A stretch of 64,000 nucleotides of DNA, from assembly GCA_951406725.2 (NCBI GenBank), contig OX597827.1, forward strand, positions 76,074,001 to 76,138,000, in the 5' to 3' direction. Positions 37,545 through 51,716 of this stretch are shown in pieces (positions within the stretch are counted from its first letter, which is position 1; each line of letters starts with the position of its first letter). The notes beneath the pieces were generated by a model. It was not told the DNA's origin. It ran no database searches and worked only from the letters and a program-made list of their open reading frames with translations. This stretch comes from Octopus vulgaris. Lineage: Eukaryota. A program made the translations under genes and the position numbers.

Positions 37545-37637
37545 GTAGGACAGATAGATAGACAGATAGATAGATAGATAGAGATATAGATAGACAGATA
37601 CATAGATAGATAGATAGATACATAGATAGATAGATAC

Positions 37638-37705
<68 letters not shown>

Positions 37706-37747
37706 GCAGATAGATAGATACATAGATATAGATAGATAGAAATATAA

Positions 37748-37802
<55 letters not shown>
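37300..37802. repeat. (GATA)n/(GACA)n microsatellite, about 500 bp
   Basis: Long tetranucleotide run with interruptions. Confidence 0.95.
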
Positions 37803-38052
37803 TGTGCATATAATGTATATTTATATACAACACATACAGATTTCTATGTAACACACAGACTGTGGCCATGCTGGGGCAGCACCTAGAAGAATTTTAGTTG
37901 AATGAATCAACGCAAGTCTTCTTTTTTTTCTTTTAAAGCTTGGCATTTATTTTATTGGTTTCTTTTGTTGAACTGCTAAGTAATGGGATGTAAACACATC
38001 AAGCTACAACAAGCATAGATGTATGTGTTTGTGTGTGCTTATATATGTATAT

Positions 38053-38111
<59 letters not shown>

Positions 38112-38131
38112 CATATCCACACACACGCACA

Positions 38132-38349
38132 CAAGGTGGTGCTGAAAAGTTCCTGGCTTTGGTTAAAAGAAAATACAGGAGGATCAGTTAATTATGATTT
38201 TATTTAACATATTCTCCTCTCAGGTTCACACACTTATTGTAGCGGTCCTTCAGTTTTTCTAAGCCCCGTAAAAGAACTCAAGAGGTCGGGCTTCCAACCT
38301 GGCCTTTCATGAAACCTTTAAAGCCAGGAACTTTACAGCACCCCCTTGT
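38132..38349 (-). mobile_element. Mariner-derived MITE with transposase C-terminal remnant
   Basis: TIRs CAAGGTGGTGCTGAAAAGTTCCTGGCTTT / AAAGCCAGGAACTTTACAGCACCCCCTTG-TA; the minus strand encodes KLKDRYNKCVNLRGEYVK*. Confidence 0.75.
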
Positions 38350-38556
38350 ACTCTCTTTTACTTGTTTCAGTCATTTCACTGCGGCCATGCTGGAGCACCG
38401 CCTTTAGTCGAGCAAATCGACCCCAGGACTTATTCTCTGTAAGCCTAGTACTTATTCTATCAGTCTCTTTTGCTGAACCGCTAAGTGACGGGGACGTAAA
38501 CACACCACCATCAGTTGTCAAGCGATGTTGGGGGGACAAACACACACACGTAAACC

Positions 38557-38587
<31 letters not shown>

Positions 38588-38748
38588 GGCTTCTTTCAGT
38601 TTCCGTCTACCGAATCCACTCACAAGACTTTGGTCAGCTCGAGGCTATAGTAGAAGACACTGGCCCAAGGTACCACACAGTGGGAATGAACTTGGAACCA
38701 TGTGGTTCGTAAAAAAACAAACTTACCACACAGCCACTCCAGCACCTA
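38350..38748 (-). mobile_element. SINE family A
   Basis: Full-length match to the family consensus. Confidence 0.8.
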
Positions 38749-38754
38749 TTACAT

Positions 38755-39067
38755 GCAAAATTTAGGCTAGAGTTAAAATATGTCTGAACACCTTTTTGAT
38801 CTCCATGTGTCTAACACACGTGGACATGCCTACAAAGTCAGAAAACAACACAGCTCCCATGACTTTCGGAAACATTTTTTCACGCTCAGAGTTGCTGAAG
38901 CATGGAATAAACTGCCTGCGTCAGTTGTTGACTGCCATGACACTGCATCTTTTAAGGCCCTCATGCTTTCCGAAATCCGCCGAAACTACACCTGATTATA
39001 TATACACTTTAGATGAGTTGTAGTGCACCTGAGCACTGTACACAATTATTATTATTATTATTATTAT
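38755..39067 (+). mobile_element. CR1/L2-clade LINE 3' fragment
   Basis: NTRGHAYKVRKQHSSHDFRKHFFTLRVAEAWNKLPASVV..SFK is the typical CR1-clade ORF2 C-terminus, followed by an (ATT)n tail. Confidence 0.85.
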
Positions 39068-39915
39068 GAGACACATTTCAACTTCTAAAGGCAGTAATGT
39101 ACAGATATGGTGTTTTCACACCTCTTTACCATAAAAGAGAATATTTTTCTCCATGGGAACTGCTGTGGATTTGCCTTTACAGGTTGAAATATGTCACTAA
39201 CATGTTTTAAATAACCTCAAGTTCGCTTAAGCCTAAAGACAGTTTGGCGTTGATACTGCTGTAATATATGTGTGTGTGAGTGTGTGTGTGTGTATATAGA
39301 TACATGCGTGTGTGTATATTTATATATATATGTATAGATACATGCATGTGTGTATATGTATATATATACGTATATGTATGTGAGTGTATATACATATGTG
39401 TGCATGTATACATACATAGAATTTATGCATATATAATCTACACGCACACAACAGGCTTCTTTCAGTTTCTGTCAACCAAATCCACACCCCAAGGCTTTGT
39501 TCAGCCCACAGGCCAACATGCCATGCAGTGGGACTGAACCCAGAACCATGTGGATCAGAAACAAACTTCTTACCATTTAGCAATGCCAGCACCTGTATAA
39601 ATATTTCTATATAACATACATATAATACACATGAATGTGTGTGTGTAGCTATGGTTGAATGGTTAAGAACTTCAGTTCACAACCACAAAGACCAAAGTTC
39701 AATTTCTCTAGAGCTGGTGTCACAATAAAATATATTTAGTCCACACCGTTAAGTATCAGTGACAAGAAGTGTGGCATCCAGATGGGAAAACTGTGCTGTA
39801 TATGAAAGAAATGGCACAAATGTGTCTTCCCGAAGCCACAGCAAAGGCAACTCATTTAGGTGAGCAGATACTGAATAAAACTGGATACAAAGTAGAGGGA
39901 TTCTTTTAGAATTAA

Positions 39916-40309
39916 ACTAGCAGTATCGCCCGGCGTTGCTCGAGTTTGTTTCGACCCTTTGGAATTGGAATTTTTGAAAAGTAAAAGTTTTGCATTATGT
40001 AGCTTGTTATTTTCTTTAAGTGAACATTTTTCTGGTCAAAATACACCGAAAAATGGCGAAACAGCAGTCACAAAATCGTAAAAAATAGAGATTTTCATAG
40101 AAAAAAAAGCACCTTTTTGATGTAAATAATTTTTGGTGTTAACATGGTCCGATTTGAATTTTTTCTTCTACGGAAGGAAGAGCAAGCCTTCTTCTATCAT
40201 ACTCTCAATTTTGGTCAACTTGCACCACAGGGTCTCGGAGGAGATAGTGTTAGTTGAAGGCTACCAAACCTGCCATACACAGACAACTTCAGCTTTATAT
40301 ACAGAGAGA
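39916..40309 (+). mobile_element. Helentron/DINE-like non-autonomous element
   Basis: Starts ACTAGCAGTATCGCCCGGCGTTGCTCG, contains AATTTTGGT...GGAGAT, and ends CTTTATATACAGAG, an architecture typical of HINE/DINE-1 elements. Confidence 0.55.
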
Positions 40310-41101
40310 TGTGGGCACCACGTAAAAAGCACTGGTGCTGGTGTCATGTAAAAAGCACCAAGTACACTCTGTAAAGTGGTTGGTGTTAGGAAGGGCTTCC
40401 AGCTGTAGAAACCAAGCCAACACAGACTGTGGGCCCTGGTGCGGCTCCTGGCCTTAACAGGCTCCAGCCAGCATGGAAAACATATGTTGAATGACAATGA
40501 TGATGATGGTGATGATGATGATGATGACGACTGCAGACAATCTCAGTAGAGCTTGTGGCATGAAAGAATGTGAAGTGGTTGGTGACCGGAAGCACATTCA
40601 TCCATGGAAAGCAGGCAAAAATGTGTGTCATACAAGAACACCATACAAAGACTGGTTATTCATCTCTGTTGCTATGTGTATCAGATGACAGAGAACCAGG
40701 ACAAGTAGGACGGCTTAAGTAACCCATCCCATCCTCACATGAAATTGGAAGACAGACGTTATGTGATGATCATGATGATGAGTATGTGTGTGGGAGGGAG
40801 GGGGGTTGTCTCCATATCTTGACATTGCACGAGAGTTGTAAATGAGTGTCACTGTCATACAAGCAGTGTCGTTCATTTCCAATATTCTGTGAAAATATAT
40901 CTGGCCATGGGGAAAATAGGTGAGGGTTGGCAACAGGAAGAGCATTTGGCCACAAAAAATCTGCTTCAATAAAACTGAGTGACCCTTGCAAGCAAGGCAG
41001 AACTGGCATTAAAAATAGGATTACACACACACACACATATATATATATCATCATCATCATCATCATCATCATTTAGCGTCCGTTTTCCATGCTAGCATGG
41101 G

Positions 41102-41192
41102 TTAGAGGCCTTTTGTCACCAGCAGAGGTAAGAGCTCTCTGAACTTTGCCCAAGCTATTCTTACTCTAGCAGTTACACTTTCAGCACACCCG

Positions 41193-41194
<2 letters not shown>
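41102..41194 (-). mobile_element. RTE LINE reverse-transcriptase fragment
   Basis: GGCAESVTARVRIAWAKFRELLPLLVTKGL. Confidence 0.7.
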
Positions 41195-41237
<43 letters not shown>

Positions 41238-41289
41238 GTTTGGTGATGCAAAAAAGGAAAATACAATTTTTTAAAAATATACATATCCT

Positions 41290-41672
41290 TTTATTCTTTT
41301 ATTTGTTTCAGTCGTTTGACTGCGGCCATGCTGGAGCACCGCCTTTTGTTCATAGAAATTGACCCCAGGACTTATTCTCTGTAAGCATGGTAATTATTCT
41401 ATCGGCCTCTTTTGCCAACCGCTAAGTTACGGAGACATAAACATACTAACATCAGTTGTCAAGCAATGGCAGGGGGAGGGGGAGACAAACACAGACACAC
41501 ATAAATATATACATATACATGGGCTTCTTTCAGTTTCCTTCCACCAAATACACTCACAAGGCTGTGGTTGCCCGAGGTTATAGCAGAAGACACTTGCCCA
41601 AGTTGCCACGCAGTGGGACTGAACCCAGAACCATGTGGTTGGGAAGCAAGCTACTTACCACACAGCCATGCT
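41290..41672 (-). mobile_element. SINE family A
   Basis: Full-length match to the family consensus. Confidence 0.8.
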
Positions 41673-42202
41673 TATATATATATATATATATATATGTGTG
41701 TCATCATCATCATCATTTAACGTCCGCTTTCCATGCTAGCATGGGTTGGACGGTTCAACTGGTGTCTGGGGAGCCCGAAGGCTGCACCAGGCCAGTCAGA
41801 TCTGGCAGTGTTTCTACAGCTGGATGCTCATTAATAACCAGCAGATGTGACAGAGTGCCTCAAGTCCCAACACACAAAACTCTCAGCCGTTGAATCACTT
41901 GATTGTGTGTGTGTAAAACATAGCAGATATGCAGATTTGTAAGGAGCTTATGATGTTTTTTATGATGATATTAGCACAAGAACCAGAAATGAAATCCAAA
42001 AGCATGAGCATCAAGCACTAGTTGTTGCAGGTGTTGTTCACAAAGGATTTTCAACGAAAGAACATAAGGATCAGCATTTCCTTCAAACCTTCATTTCCTA
42101 TTTTAAAACATATTCAGACAGGGATATTCAAAAGCAAACCGGGCTTGGTTTACCAGCCGATGAACAGAAACAAGCAACTCAGAGCCTTTCATTTATAATG
42201 TA

Positions 42203-42416
42203 TTAACCCTTTTGATACCAACCTGGCTGGAACCAGCTCTGGCTCTGAGTACAAACGTCTTGTTTTCATAAGTTTTGAATTAAAATCTTCCACCAAACCT
42301 TAGTCACAATTTATGTTCCTAACACTAGCTTAATGATAACTAAGTTATTTTACTAATTTCTTAATTGAAAGAAACACAGAGCATCTCAACAGAAATACAG
42401 TAACGAAATGTTTTAA
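42203..42416. mobile_element. piggyBac-type MITE
   Basis: TTAACCCTTT left end, same body as the 35930 copy, decayed right TIR ending in TTAA. Confidence 0.75.
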
Positions 42417-43586
42417 GAACACTCTACACTTGTATTGAGTCCTTCAATTTATTGCTTCTGGTGAATCAACAGATATATACATATACATATATGCACACAT
42501 ATCTGTTGCCTGAGGACGCTGTGTGACCACAGACAAACTTCAGAGTAAAAACAGACTGATTCAACCAAAATGAAAATACACACACACACACACAAAATAA
42601 AATGCCTGTGACAATCAGCTTGTTCACCAGAGGCAAACACACATGCATACACTTCACAGTTTTGTAATGACACTAAACGTAAGTAGATATTATTCTGTTT
42701 CCATGACACTATGTTGTACGCCTTATGAAACTGAACTCCTTGCAAATGAGATTAATAGCTTTTACATCTCACATATACAGGCTGAAAGGCGGCTGATATT
42801 GTGCCCGTCTAACATGTCTGAAATATCAGCCATTTACTGCATTATAATGAGTTGGAAATTACTTATTCTTATATTTGGTGAGTAATATTCATTGATTTAA
42901 TTAGGATAAGCACTGTGCAGCTTGCTAATTATTATTTAATGTCTGCTTTCCATGCTGGCATGGTTGGACAATTTCACATGGAGCAGGCTAGCAGGGAGCT
43001 GTCCAGGCTCCAACTGTCTGTTGTGGCATGGTTTCTATGGCTGGATGCCCTTCCTCATGTCCACCACTTAACAAAATGTGTTGGGTGCTGCTTACGTGCC
43101 ACTGGCACGGGTGCCTTTGATGTGGCACCAGCACCTGAAAGGACAACCCTGTTTGTGCAGAAGCCAGTGATTTTATTTAGCTCGACGCTTCTTATTCAGG
43201 TACAGCAAATCCCCACATCTCCCGGTCCCTTGTCGTTTCCTCAGTAAGGCCCAGCATCCATAGATCCCTTCTCACCACAACATCCCATGGCTTCCTGGGT
43301 ATACCCCTTCCACAGGTACCCTCCACAATGTGTGTGTGTGAAGCCATCTGGCCTAGTGGCTAGGATCTTACAGTGATGATCATCATTTCATGGGTTCAAT
43401 TCCTGGACTGAGCAGCATGTTGTGTTCTTGAGCAAGACACTTCATTTCTCGTTGCTCCAGTCCACTCAGCTGTAAATGGAGAACCCTGCAAAGGATTGGC
43501 TTTCTGATCAGGAAGAACATTGACCTGCTTGCTAAAATGATGCAAAACGCATTGTGATCAGTGATCATATGATATATGTAGGGCTA

Positions 43587-44153
43587 TACCCATATCAATA
43601 GAGATGGTGACTGCACTCCAGAAATAAGACAGCGGATAGTACTAGGCAGAGAGGTAATGGTCAGCATGATCAGGGTCTGGAAGAGTAGAGACATCAGACT
43701 CGCTACCAAATGCAGATTGGTGAATGCAATTGTCTTCCCAATAGCAACATATGGATGCGAGACCTGGACACTAAAGAAAGCTGACCAGAAGAGAATTAAT
43801 GCATTCGAGCTTTGGTTTTGGAGAAGACTTTTGCGGATTCCATGGACAGCGAGGCTCACCAATGGAGAAGTTCTTAAGCAGATAAGGCTGAGAATGTCGC
43901 TAGAAGCTGGGATCACCAAGCATAGATTGGCATATTTCGGTCATATTATGCGGAGAGAATTCCTGGAGAAGGACACCATGCTCGGAATGGTCAGTGGGAA
44001 GAGGCCGGCCAAGAACCCGCTGGCTTGACACCATCAGGAGTGATACCGGAATGGACATGGCCAATCTGAAGGAAGTGGCCCAGGATAGAACTGACTGGAG
44101 GACACTGATCCAACGAGTGACCGAGAGTCGACTTCGACTGAGCGGATAGAGAG
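43587..44153 (+). mobile_element. 5'-truncated RTE/BovB-like LINE, little decayed
   Basis: DGDCTPEIRQRI..TKCRLVNAIVFPIATYGCETWTLKKADQKRINAFELWFWRRLLRIPWTARLTN..LAYFGHIMRR..LEK..LG, then a frameshift and RWLD..DRTDWR..VTESRLRLSG*, with a short AG tail. Confidence 0.9.
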
Positions 44154-44257
44154 ATACCCATATCAGGACCATGCAACATTGGCAACGCCCATCATGGCTC
44201 CTCAGACAACATGCCCCTCTGATATACCACATGGCAAGGATATGCAAAAGCAGAAGT

Positions 44258-44660
44258 GCCAGATGTGGCCGTGTCGCTAAGAAGCTTGCTTTCCAGCCAT
44301 GTGGTCATGGGTTCAGTGCCACTGTGTGGCACTTTGGTCAAGTGTCTTCTACCATAGCCTTGGGTCAACCAAACCCATTGTGAGTGGATTTAGAAGACAG
44401 AAATTCAAAGAAGCCCATCATATAAATATATATGTATGTCTATCTGTGTATCTTTGTATTTGTCCCTCGCCACTGCTTGATAACTGGAGTTGGTTTGTTT
44501 ACATCCGTGTAACTTACCAGTTGGCCATAAATGACTGATAGAATAAATATTAGTCTTTGAAATAAAGTAGTGGGGTCATTTAGTTCAACTAAACCTTTCA
44601 AAGCCATGCCCCAGCATGGCCACAGTCAAATGACTAAAAAAAGTAAAAGATAAAAGAGAA
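44258..44660 (+). mobile_element. SINE family A (diverged)
   Basis: Head, middle and tail recognisable. Confidence 0.7.
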
Positions 44661-46599
44661 AATATTAATATAATTGGCAGTATATCTCTTTCTGTTTTTC
44701 TGTCCCCCAAGGAAAGATAACTCTGATCTTAGATTTATCTCCCTTGATTATCATATTCTAACTAAAATGTTATACATCATATGACACGTAATGTATTAGG
44801 AACATAACTTTTGCCACTGTTTGATAGCATCGCGTATTTCTACATCTGTAATTAATATATAATTAAACACCATCATCATTGTTCATAAGGGTGAGGGTTA
44901 GGGCTAGTGACAGGATGTTGTCTCAGTTTTAGACGCAGCAAATGATTTTAGCTCACTAGAGGCGATTCATTGGTTAAAATTCAAAAAATTAAACTACGTT
45001 AAACTAACAAATTACAATTTTCTCAAGAAAGCCAAGAGAAAAAATGTTTTATTTTGACACATTCTACCAGTATACGAAGTTTTAAAATGTTTAGTTAACT
45101 AGAAATTGTGTTGACGTGTGCCGTTCAAAAGGAAAAGATCCATGATGAGCTTCTTTCAGTTTCCATCTACCAAATCCACTCACAAGACTTTGGTTGGCCC
45201 GAGGTTATAGCAGGAGATACTTGCCCAAGGCGGGACAGATCACGGAACCATGTGGTTGGTAATCAAGCTGCTTCCCACACAGCCACTCCTGTGCCTATAA
45301 TGACAATTATTTTACAAAATTCTTCACCAATTTCAAAATTAACTGAAACTAAAGCAGTATATTTCAACCAAAATATGGGAACATCCGAGTGAAATAAAAT
45401 GAAAAGTAAATGATTTTCAAATATCATTCAAATATAAATCAATGGTTACAGTAAAAAAAAACTTGTCCAAGGTTATGCGGTCTGATTGAACCAGGAACCC
45501 AGATTTTGCAAAGCAACTTTCTTAATCGCAAAACTACATTTGCATCTCTCTCTCTTTTTTTTTTTCTTTGATGGAGTCATAGGAGTGGTGTTGTGATATA
45601 AATTCCCTTGTTTTAAATCTGGTGGGTCTTGTCTCTCTCCAAGTCTGAATAGAGCCAATTTCTTTCCAGAAAGATGGAAGAAATCAACCCCAGCATTTTA
45701 TTTATCAACCCCAAAATGATGAAAGACAAAGATGTCCTTGATAGAATCTGAGTTCAGATCACAAATAGCTAGGATGAACACCACAAAGTATTCTAGCTGA
45801 CCCTTTAACGACTCTCCTGACTCACAAACTATGTGCAAAGGGATCTGCATGAGGAAGGGCATCCAGTCACAGAATCGATGCCAAAGTAGACATTGGGGCA
45901 CGTCACAGTTCCCCGACACATCGGATCCTGTCAAATCCTCAAATGCACGGTAGTATAGGAGATGGAGGTTAAAAGATGATGGTGATGATGATGATGATAT
46001 AGGACAGCAAAGCTTTGTGGAGTAAATAATAATAAAATGCAGACACATGTTTCTCTGCTTTGGCCACTGATTCTCAACTGCGGCCCTCAAGCATCCTTGA
46101 AGCAGCCCTTCACTGTCTTCCCTCTATAAGCACAACGAATTCCTCTTTAATTGGCTTGTGTTTTACTTTTTTTGGTGTGACTCCCTAAAGAGATCCAGGT
46201 TTTGAATCTGGCCTGGATATTAAAAAGGCTGAGTGGCACTGCTCTAGACACAGTCCCAGAATGTCAACAGCCTTCAGGAAGCTCAGTGGTTGAACATTAA
46301 GAATATTTATGAGAGACATAACAGTGATGGTGACACTCAAAAAATTACTTGTGTGCGTTTTATACACGTCTGTTTCATGGTTGGCTTTAGGAAGGACAAA
46401 CTCAAAGAAACCAAACAATCTAGAGAATGGAGACAGGGAAACTAAAAGACACCTCAACCAAAGGAGGATGGGAGCTAAGTATGACAGAATAGCAGAGATA
46501 GACTTGCAATATAGAAAGCAACTGGGAGTTTCTATGAGGCAGACAACACAGTGTGGACAGCAGAGTAGATCTGTGGATAGAATCAGAATATGATATGGT

Positions 46600-47610
46600 A
46601 GAAGAATAGTAGAGTAGACAGACACAAAAATTAAGAGACAAGCCTGGAAAGATTGAAAGAAAGGGAAGGCCAAAGGAGCGGTACCAGTTAGTGAGAAGAG
46701 AGGAGGCTGGATGTCAGGTGTGGTTGGCAAGGAGACAAGGTGTGATGAGAGTATCAGAGGTGAGAGATGTTCTGGATTGCATAGCAGTGGTGTGTCAATG
46801 TGGATGATGTGTGTTGTTGGTGAAAGAATATGTGTGGAATGACATGAGTGTGGCTTGCCTTCATTGACAGCAGGAAGAAAATAGCTACACAAGAGGTCAT
46901 TGAATAAGGAGAATGATATGGGAAAAGGTGGATTATCACAAGTAGACCCAACAGGAAGTCAAGCTATTGAAGTCAACAGCTTAACAGTCAAAAAGGTGAT
47001 TAAAGATACAAAGGAGGGTAAAGTGAGTGACAATCAAGGATAGTCAGTGAAATAGTGAAAGTATTTGGCAAAGTAGGACACATTATAAATCCCTTACATA
47101 ATCAGTCTGGTAGTGTGAATGGTAATGGTGGGGCAGTATCAATCATCATCATCATCATCATATCTTGCTATAAGGGCCAAAGAGATACTCTAGAAAGAAG
47201 AGACATCAACCGTGTGAAACTCATGAGACAAGTTATGGAGGTAATGGAAGGAAATGGTGTACTGTTGATTAGGAAGAGAATCAACTTAGACAAGACACAT
47301 GTTTGAGCCAGAATGGAATAAAACCCATGCTCACTTCTTGGTGACACAACAAGAGGAAAAGTTACGAGCTAAAGTGAGTTTACTGTATCTAGCATTCACT
47401 TGAGCTGGAGAAGGCCTTTGGAAGGGTGTCATGAGCTGTAGTGGTTACAAAAATTAGGTATAAAATAATGACCCAGGAGAACCATGCAAACAACAAACAG
47501 GGATACTGTCAGCAAGATGAGAGAGAGAGTGATGAGTTCTACAATGAATTTGGAGAACAGGGGTGTCCATCAGGGCATTGTGCTTAGACCCTTCCTCATG
47601 ATCACAAATA
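46600..47610 (+). mobile_element. Highly decayed RTE LINE ORF2 (pre-RT/RT region)
   Basis: IISCYKGQRDTLERRDINRVKLMRQVMEVME..LIRKRINLD resembles the RTE 'YKGKGD..NYRGIKL..MK..ER' motif; a GVHQG motif lies at about 47560. Confidence 0.6.
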
Positions 47611-47663
47611 TATTATTATCAAACACTACACAGTCAATGTTTGTTGTTTTTATGTATGCTATC

Positions 47664-47696
<33 letters not shown>

Positions 47697-47810
47697 TACA
47701 TATATATACATATATAAATAAGAATAAGAGCGTTAATTTAAAAATAAAATAACGATTTTATCAAGTGGTCAGCATGGAAAAAATAACCTTCAAAGGTAAT
47801 AATTATTAAA

Positions 47811-47947
47811 ATTATAAATTAGGGTAGCTACGAGATACCATCATGCTGAAAATAGCAGCTATGATCTGACTCTAAAAACCATGGTGGTTTTAGAGTCAGA
47901 TCATGGCTGCTATTTTCAGCATGGTGGTATCTCATAGATACCCTAAT

Positions 47948-47954
<7 letters not shown>
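47811..47954. repeat. Near-perfect hairpin (arms of about 70 bp, loop of about 5 nt)
   Basis: ATTATAAATTAGGGTAGCTACGAGATACCATCATGCTGAAAATAGCAGCTATGATCTGACTCTAAAAACC is mirrored immediately downstream. Confidence 0.9.
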
Positions 47955-47984
<30 letters not shown>

Positions 47985-49274
47985 TTTGCCAGCTCCGTCT
48001 GGCACCTGTGCGGGTGGCACGTAAAAAGCACCCACTACACTCACGGAGTGGTTGGTGTTAGGAAGGGCATCCAGCCGTAGAAACACTGCCAGATCTGACT
48101 GGGCCTGATGCAGCCTTCTGGCTTCCCAGACCCCAGTTGAACCATCCAACCCATGCTAGCATGGAAAGTGGACGCTAAATGATGATGATGATGATGATGA
48201 TACCCCATGCCAGCATGGAAGGCGGACATTAAACGGTCATCATCATCATCATCATATCAATGTTCTAATTCTCACCTGTTTCCAGGTAAGGTAATATTCA
48301 TCCCATGACATGTTTTCACAGAAGATTGGAAACAAAATACACACAGCCTGCATGACAATGGCACTTGTTTTATAATTATCACACAAAAAAGTCAAGGCAA
48401 GAAGACACCAACACACACACACACACATTGCGATCTCTCTCTCTTGTTGTAGACGACAGATAAGGACTCCACTATTTCTTGCTAAACAACCTGCACACAC
48501 GATTCGTTTATTGTGATCAAATATTTGTGTTGCACATTAGCTCGCCCTCTCCACCAAGCTGACATTGCCTGTACAGAGGCACAGTGTGCCACACACTTGG
48601 TGCCAAAGTGATTGCAGAGTGAACACAAGGCATCATTCAATCTGGGAATCAAAACCATGATCTTGCGATAATGAGTGCAACACCATTAAACATAGGCCAC
48701 ACACCTTCATGCATGCATGTAGGCTGAGGTATAAAAGACAGGCTTCGGTCAGTTTGCATGTACCAAATGCATTCACAAGGTTTTAGGTGGCTCAGGACTA
48801 CAGCGAAAAACACACCCTCCATAAATACTGAATTTTGTTTTAGAATTTATGGCAACAACTGTCTTTGAAGATTCATGTTGTCATTGAATGCTCGAAATGA
48901 GGAGTAGACAGACAGCCAACAACTGATGAAGGGTCATTTCTCTGTGTTTATTTGTCCTGTTTTTCATTTTTTTTTTCTCGTTTATGTATTTCATGTTGTT
49001 TGCACAGTTGGTGATGTCCTATACCCATATATGCATATTATATATATAAATACATAAATATATAGATATATATATAGACAGAAAATGGAGAAATTTGATT
49101 CCTGATAAACTCATGTTTATCTTTGTCATTGCCTGTAATCTATGGGCATAATATGCTTGCATATGTATGCTCATGGTTAACATAGGTAATTATACAGGTA
49201 GTAAAACAGATACTTTTATCCCTTAGATGGTTATTCCAACCTCTAACTCTACTAACCTAATATATATATATAAT

Positions 49275-49870
49275 TAATCTAAAAAAAATGAGAAAAAAAA
49301 ACAAGAAGAAAAAATAACAACAGGAGGATGTGGTACATGCAAAGTATTAACAGAAAGTATTAATAGGCACTCAGGGAAGGAAAGAAAGCTCTTCTTCAGA
49401 AACAGGAGATAGAGGAAAGTCCAAGAGAAAAGGAAGACGGAGGAAAACAAAAATTGCCAACAATCCACATGTAGTTATATATATATAGGTGTTAGGAAGG
49501 GCATCCATCCATAGAAACCATGCCAATTCAGACTGGAATCTGGTGTAGCTCTATGGCTTACCAGTTCCAATCAAACTGTCTAATCCATGCCAGTATGGAA
49601 ACTGGATGTTAAATGATGATGACAATGATGATGATGATGATATATAATTAATAGAAAAAAAAAGGGAAAAAAGACAAGAATAAAAACAACAACGCAAGGA
49701 CATGGTACATGCAAAGTATTAATAAGATGTTCAGAGAAGGAAAGAAAGAGTGGCTGTTTTACATTTTGAGCAAAGCTCTTCTTCAGAAACAGGAGACAGA
49801 GGAAAGTTCAACAGAAGAGGAAGACGGAGGAAAAAAAAGTTGCCAACAGTCTACGTGTAGTTACATTTTG
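49275..49870 (-). mobile_element. Two direct copies (about 49275-49480 and 49650-49870) of a Penelope-like terminal repeat, separated by a SINE C fragment
   Basis: Shared GGTACATGCAAAGTATTAA...GCTCTTCTTCAGAAACAGGAGA.AGAGGAAAGT...GGAAGACGGAGGAAAA...TTGCCAACA; the second copy carries a hammerhead motif. Confidence 0.55.
49754..49792 (-). ncRNA. Minimal type I hammerhead ribozyme, probably inactivated by CpG decay
   Basis: CTGTTT-CTGAAGA-A-GAGC-TTT-GCTC-aAAA-tGTA-AAACAG: perfect 6-bp stem I, CUGAAGA core, 4-bp stem II and GUA cleavage triplet. Confidence 0.6.
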
Positions 49871-50269
49871 GAATGTATATATATAAATGAACAGATCTAA
49901 TAGTGAGGGATTATCAGTCCAGGCAAAATACTTCATAAGTTCTCTGTTGGCACACCAGGCTAACAATATCGTTCAGATTAGTGAGAAACTCCAAGGGTTC
50001 CTGTAGCAGGGTCCAAGGGTTAGGGATCATCACAATTCTAAATACTGTAAATCCATGGTTGGGCTCCAGTCAAATTGGTTTTTATACAGAGTGATATATA
50101 TATAAGACAAGGTATGAATAATGGTCATTTCCAAGCTAAATTTACTCTAAGAAAGGAAAAATATGAATGAACATTATTTATACATTGTGTTATGTATACA
50201 CACACACACATCTGTGTATATTATGTATGTATAAATATATATGTGTATTTATAAGTTAGTACATATTGT

Positions 50270-50652
50270 CTTTTACCCTTTTATTTGTTTCAGTCATTTG
50301 ATTTGATGGTGGCCATGCTGGAGCACAGCCTTAAGTTGAAGAACTCGACCCCAGAACTTTTTCTTTGTAAACCCAATGCTTATTCTATCGGTCTCTTTTG
50401 CCAATCTGCTAAGTTACAGGGACGTAGACACACCAACATTGGTTGTCAAGCGATTGTTCGGGAACAAACATAGACACACACACATATATATATATTTATG
50501 ACAGGCTTCTTTCAGTTTCTGTCAACCAAATCCACTCACAAGGCTTTGGTCAGCCCGAGGTGACACGAGAAGACACTTGCCCAAGGTTCCATGCAGTGGG
50601 ACTGAACCCAGAACCATGTGGTTGGTAAGCAAGCTACTTACCAGACAGCCAC
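50270..50652 (-). mobile_element. SINE family A
   Basis: Full-length match to the family consensus. Confidence 0.8.
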
Positions 50653-50984
50653 ATATGTATACACTAATTACATATTCATTACATAACTATTTATTATACA
50701 TACATTTTAAACACATGCACAGATACACACACATACATTGATATAATCTTATTTATTTATATAGAAATTCATTTCTAAATAAATAAGTAAATGAGTGGAA
50801 ATTTTACCGGTGAGTGTGTTAAATTATAAGGCACAAAAACAGAATGACTCCCCAGACACAACAGAATACATTTCTAAATCATTTGTAATTATCTATAGAT
50901 GAGCAGAGTTTAAACAAAGAGAAAGGACAGTACTCAATAAGGGAAACATTAAGTTTCCATCTACCTATATATAACTTAAAGAAT

Positions 50985-51716
<732 letters not shown>

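Noticed and set aside
42150-42185. CCGATGA...GAAA, and CTGATGA at about 19463 and 48923, as further hammerheads
   Set aside because: No convincing stem II and stem I pairing could be built.
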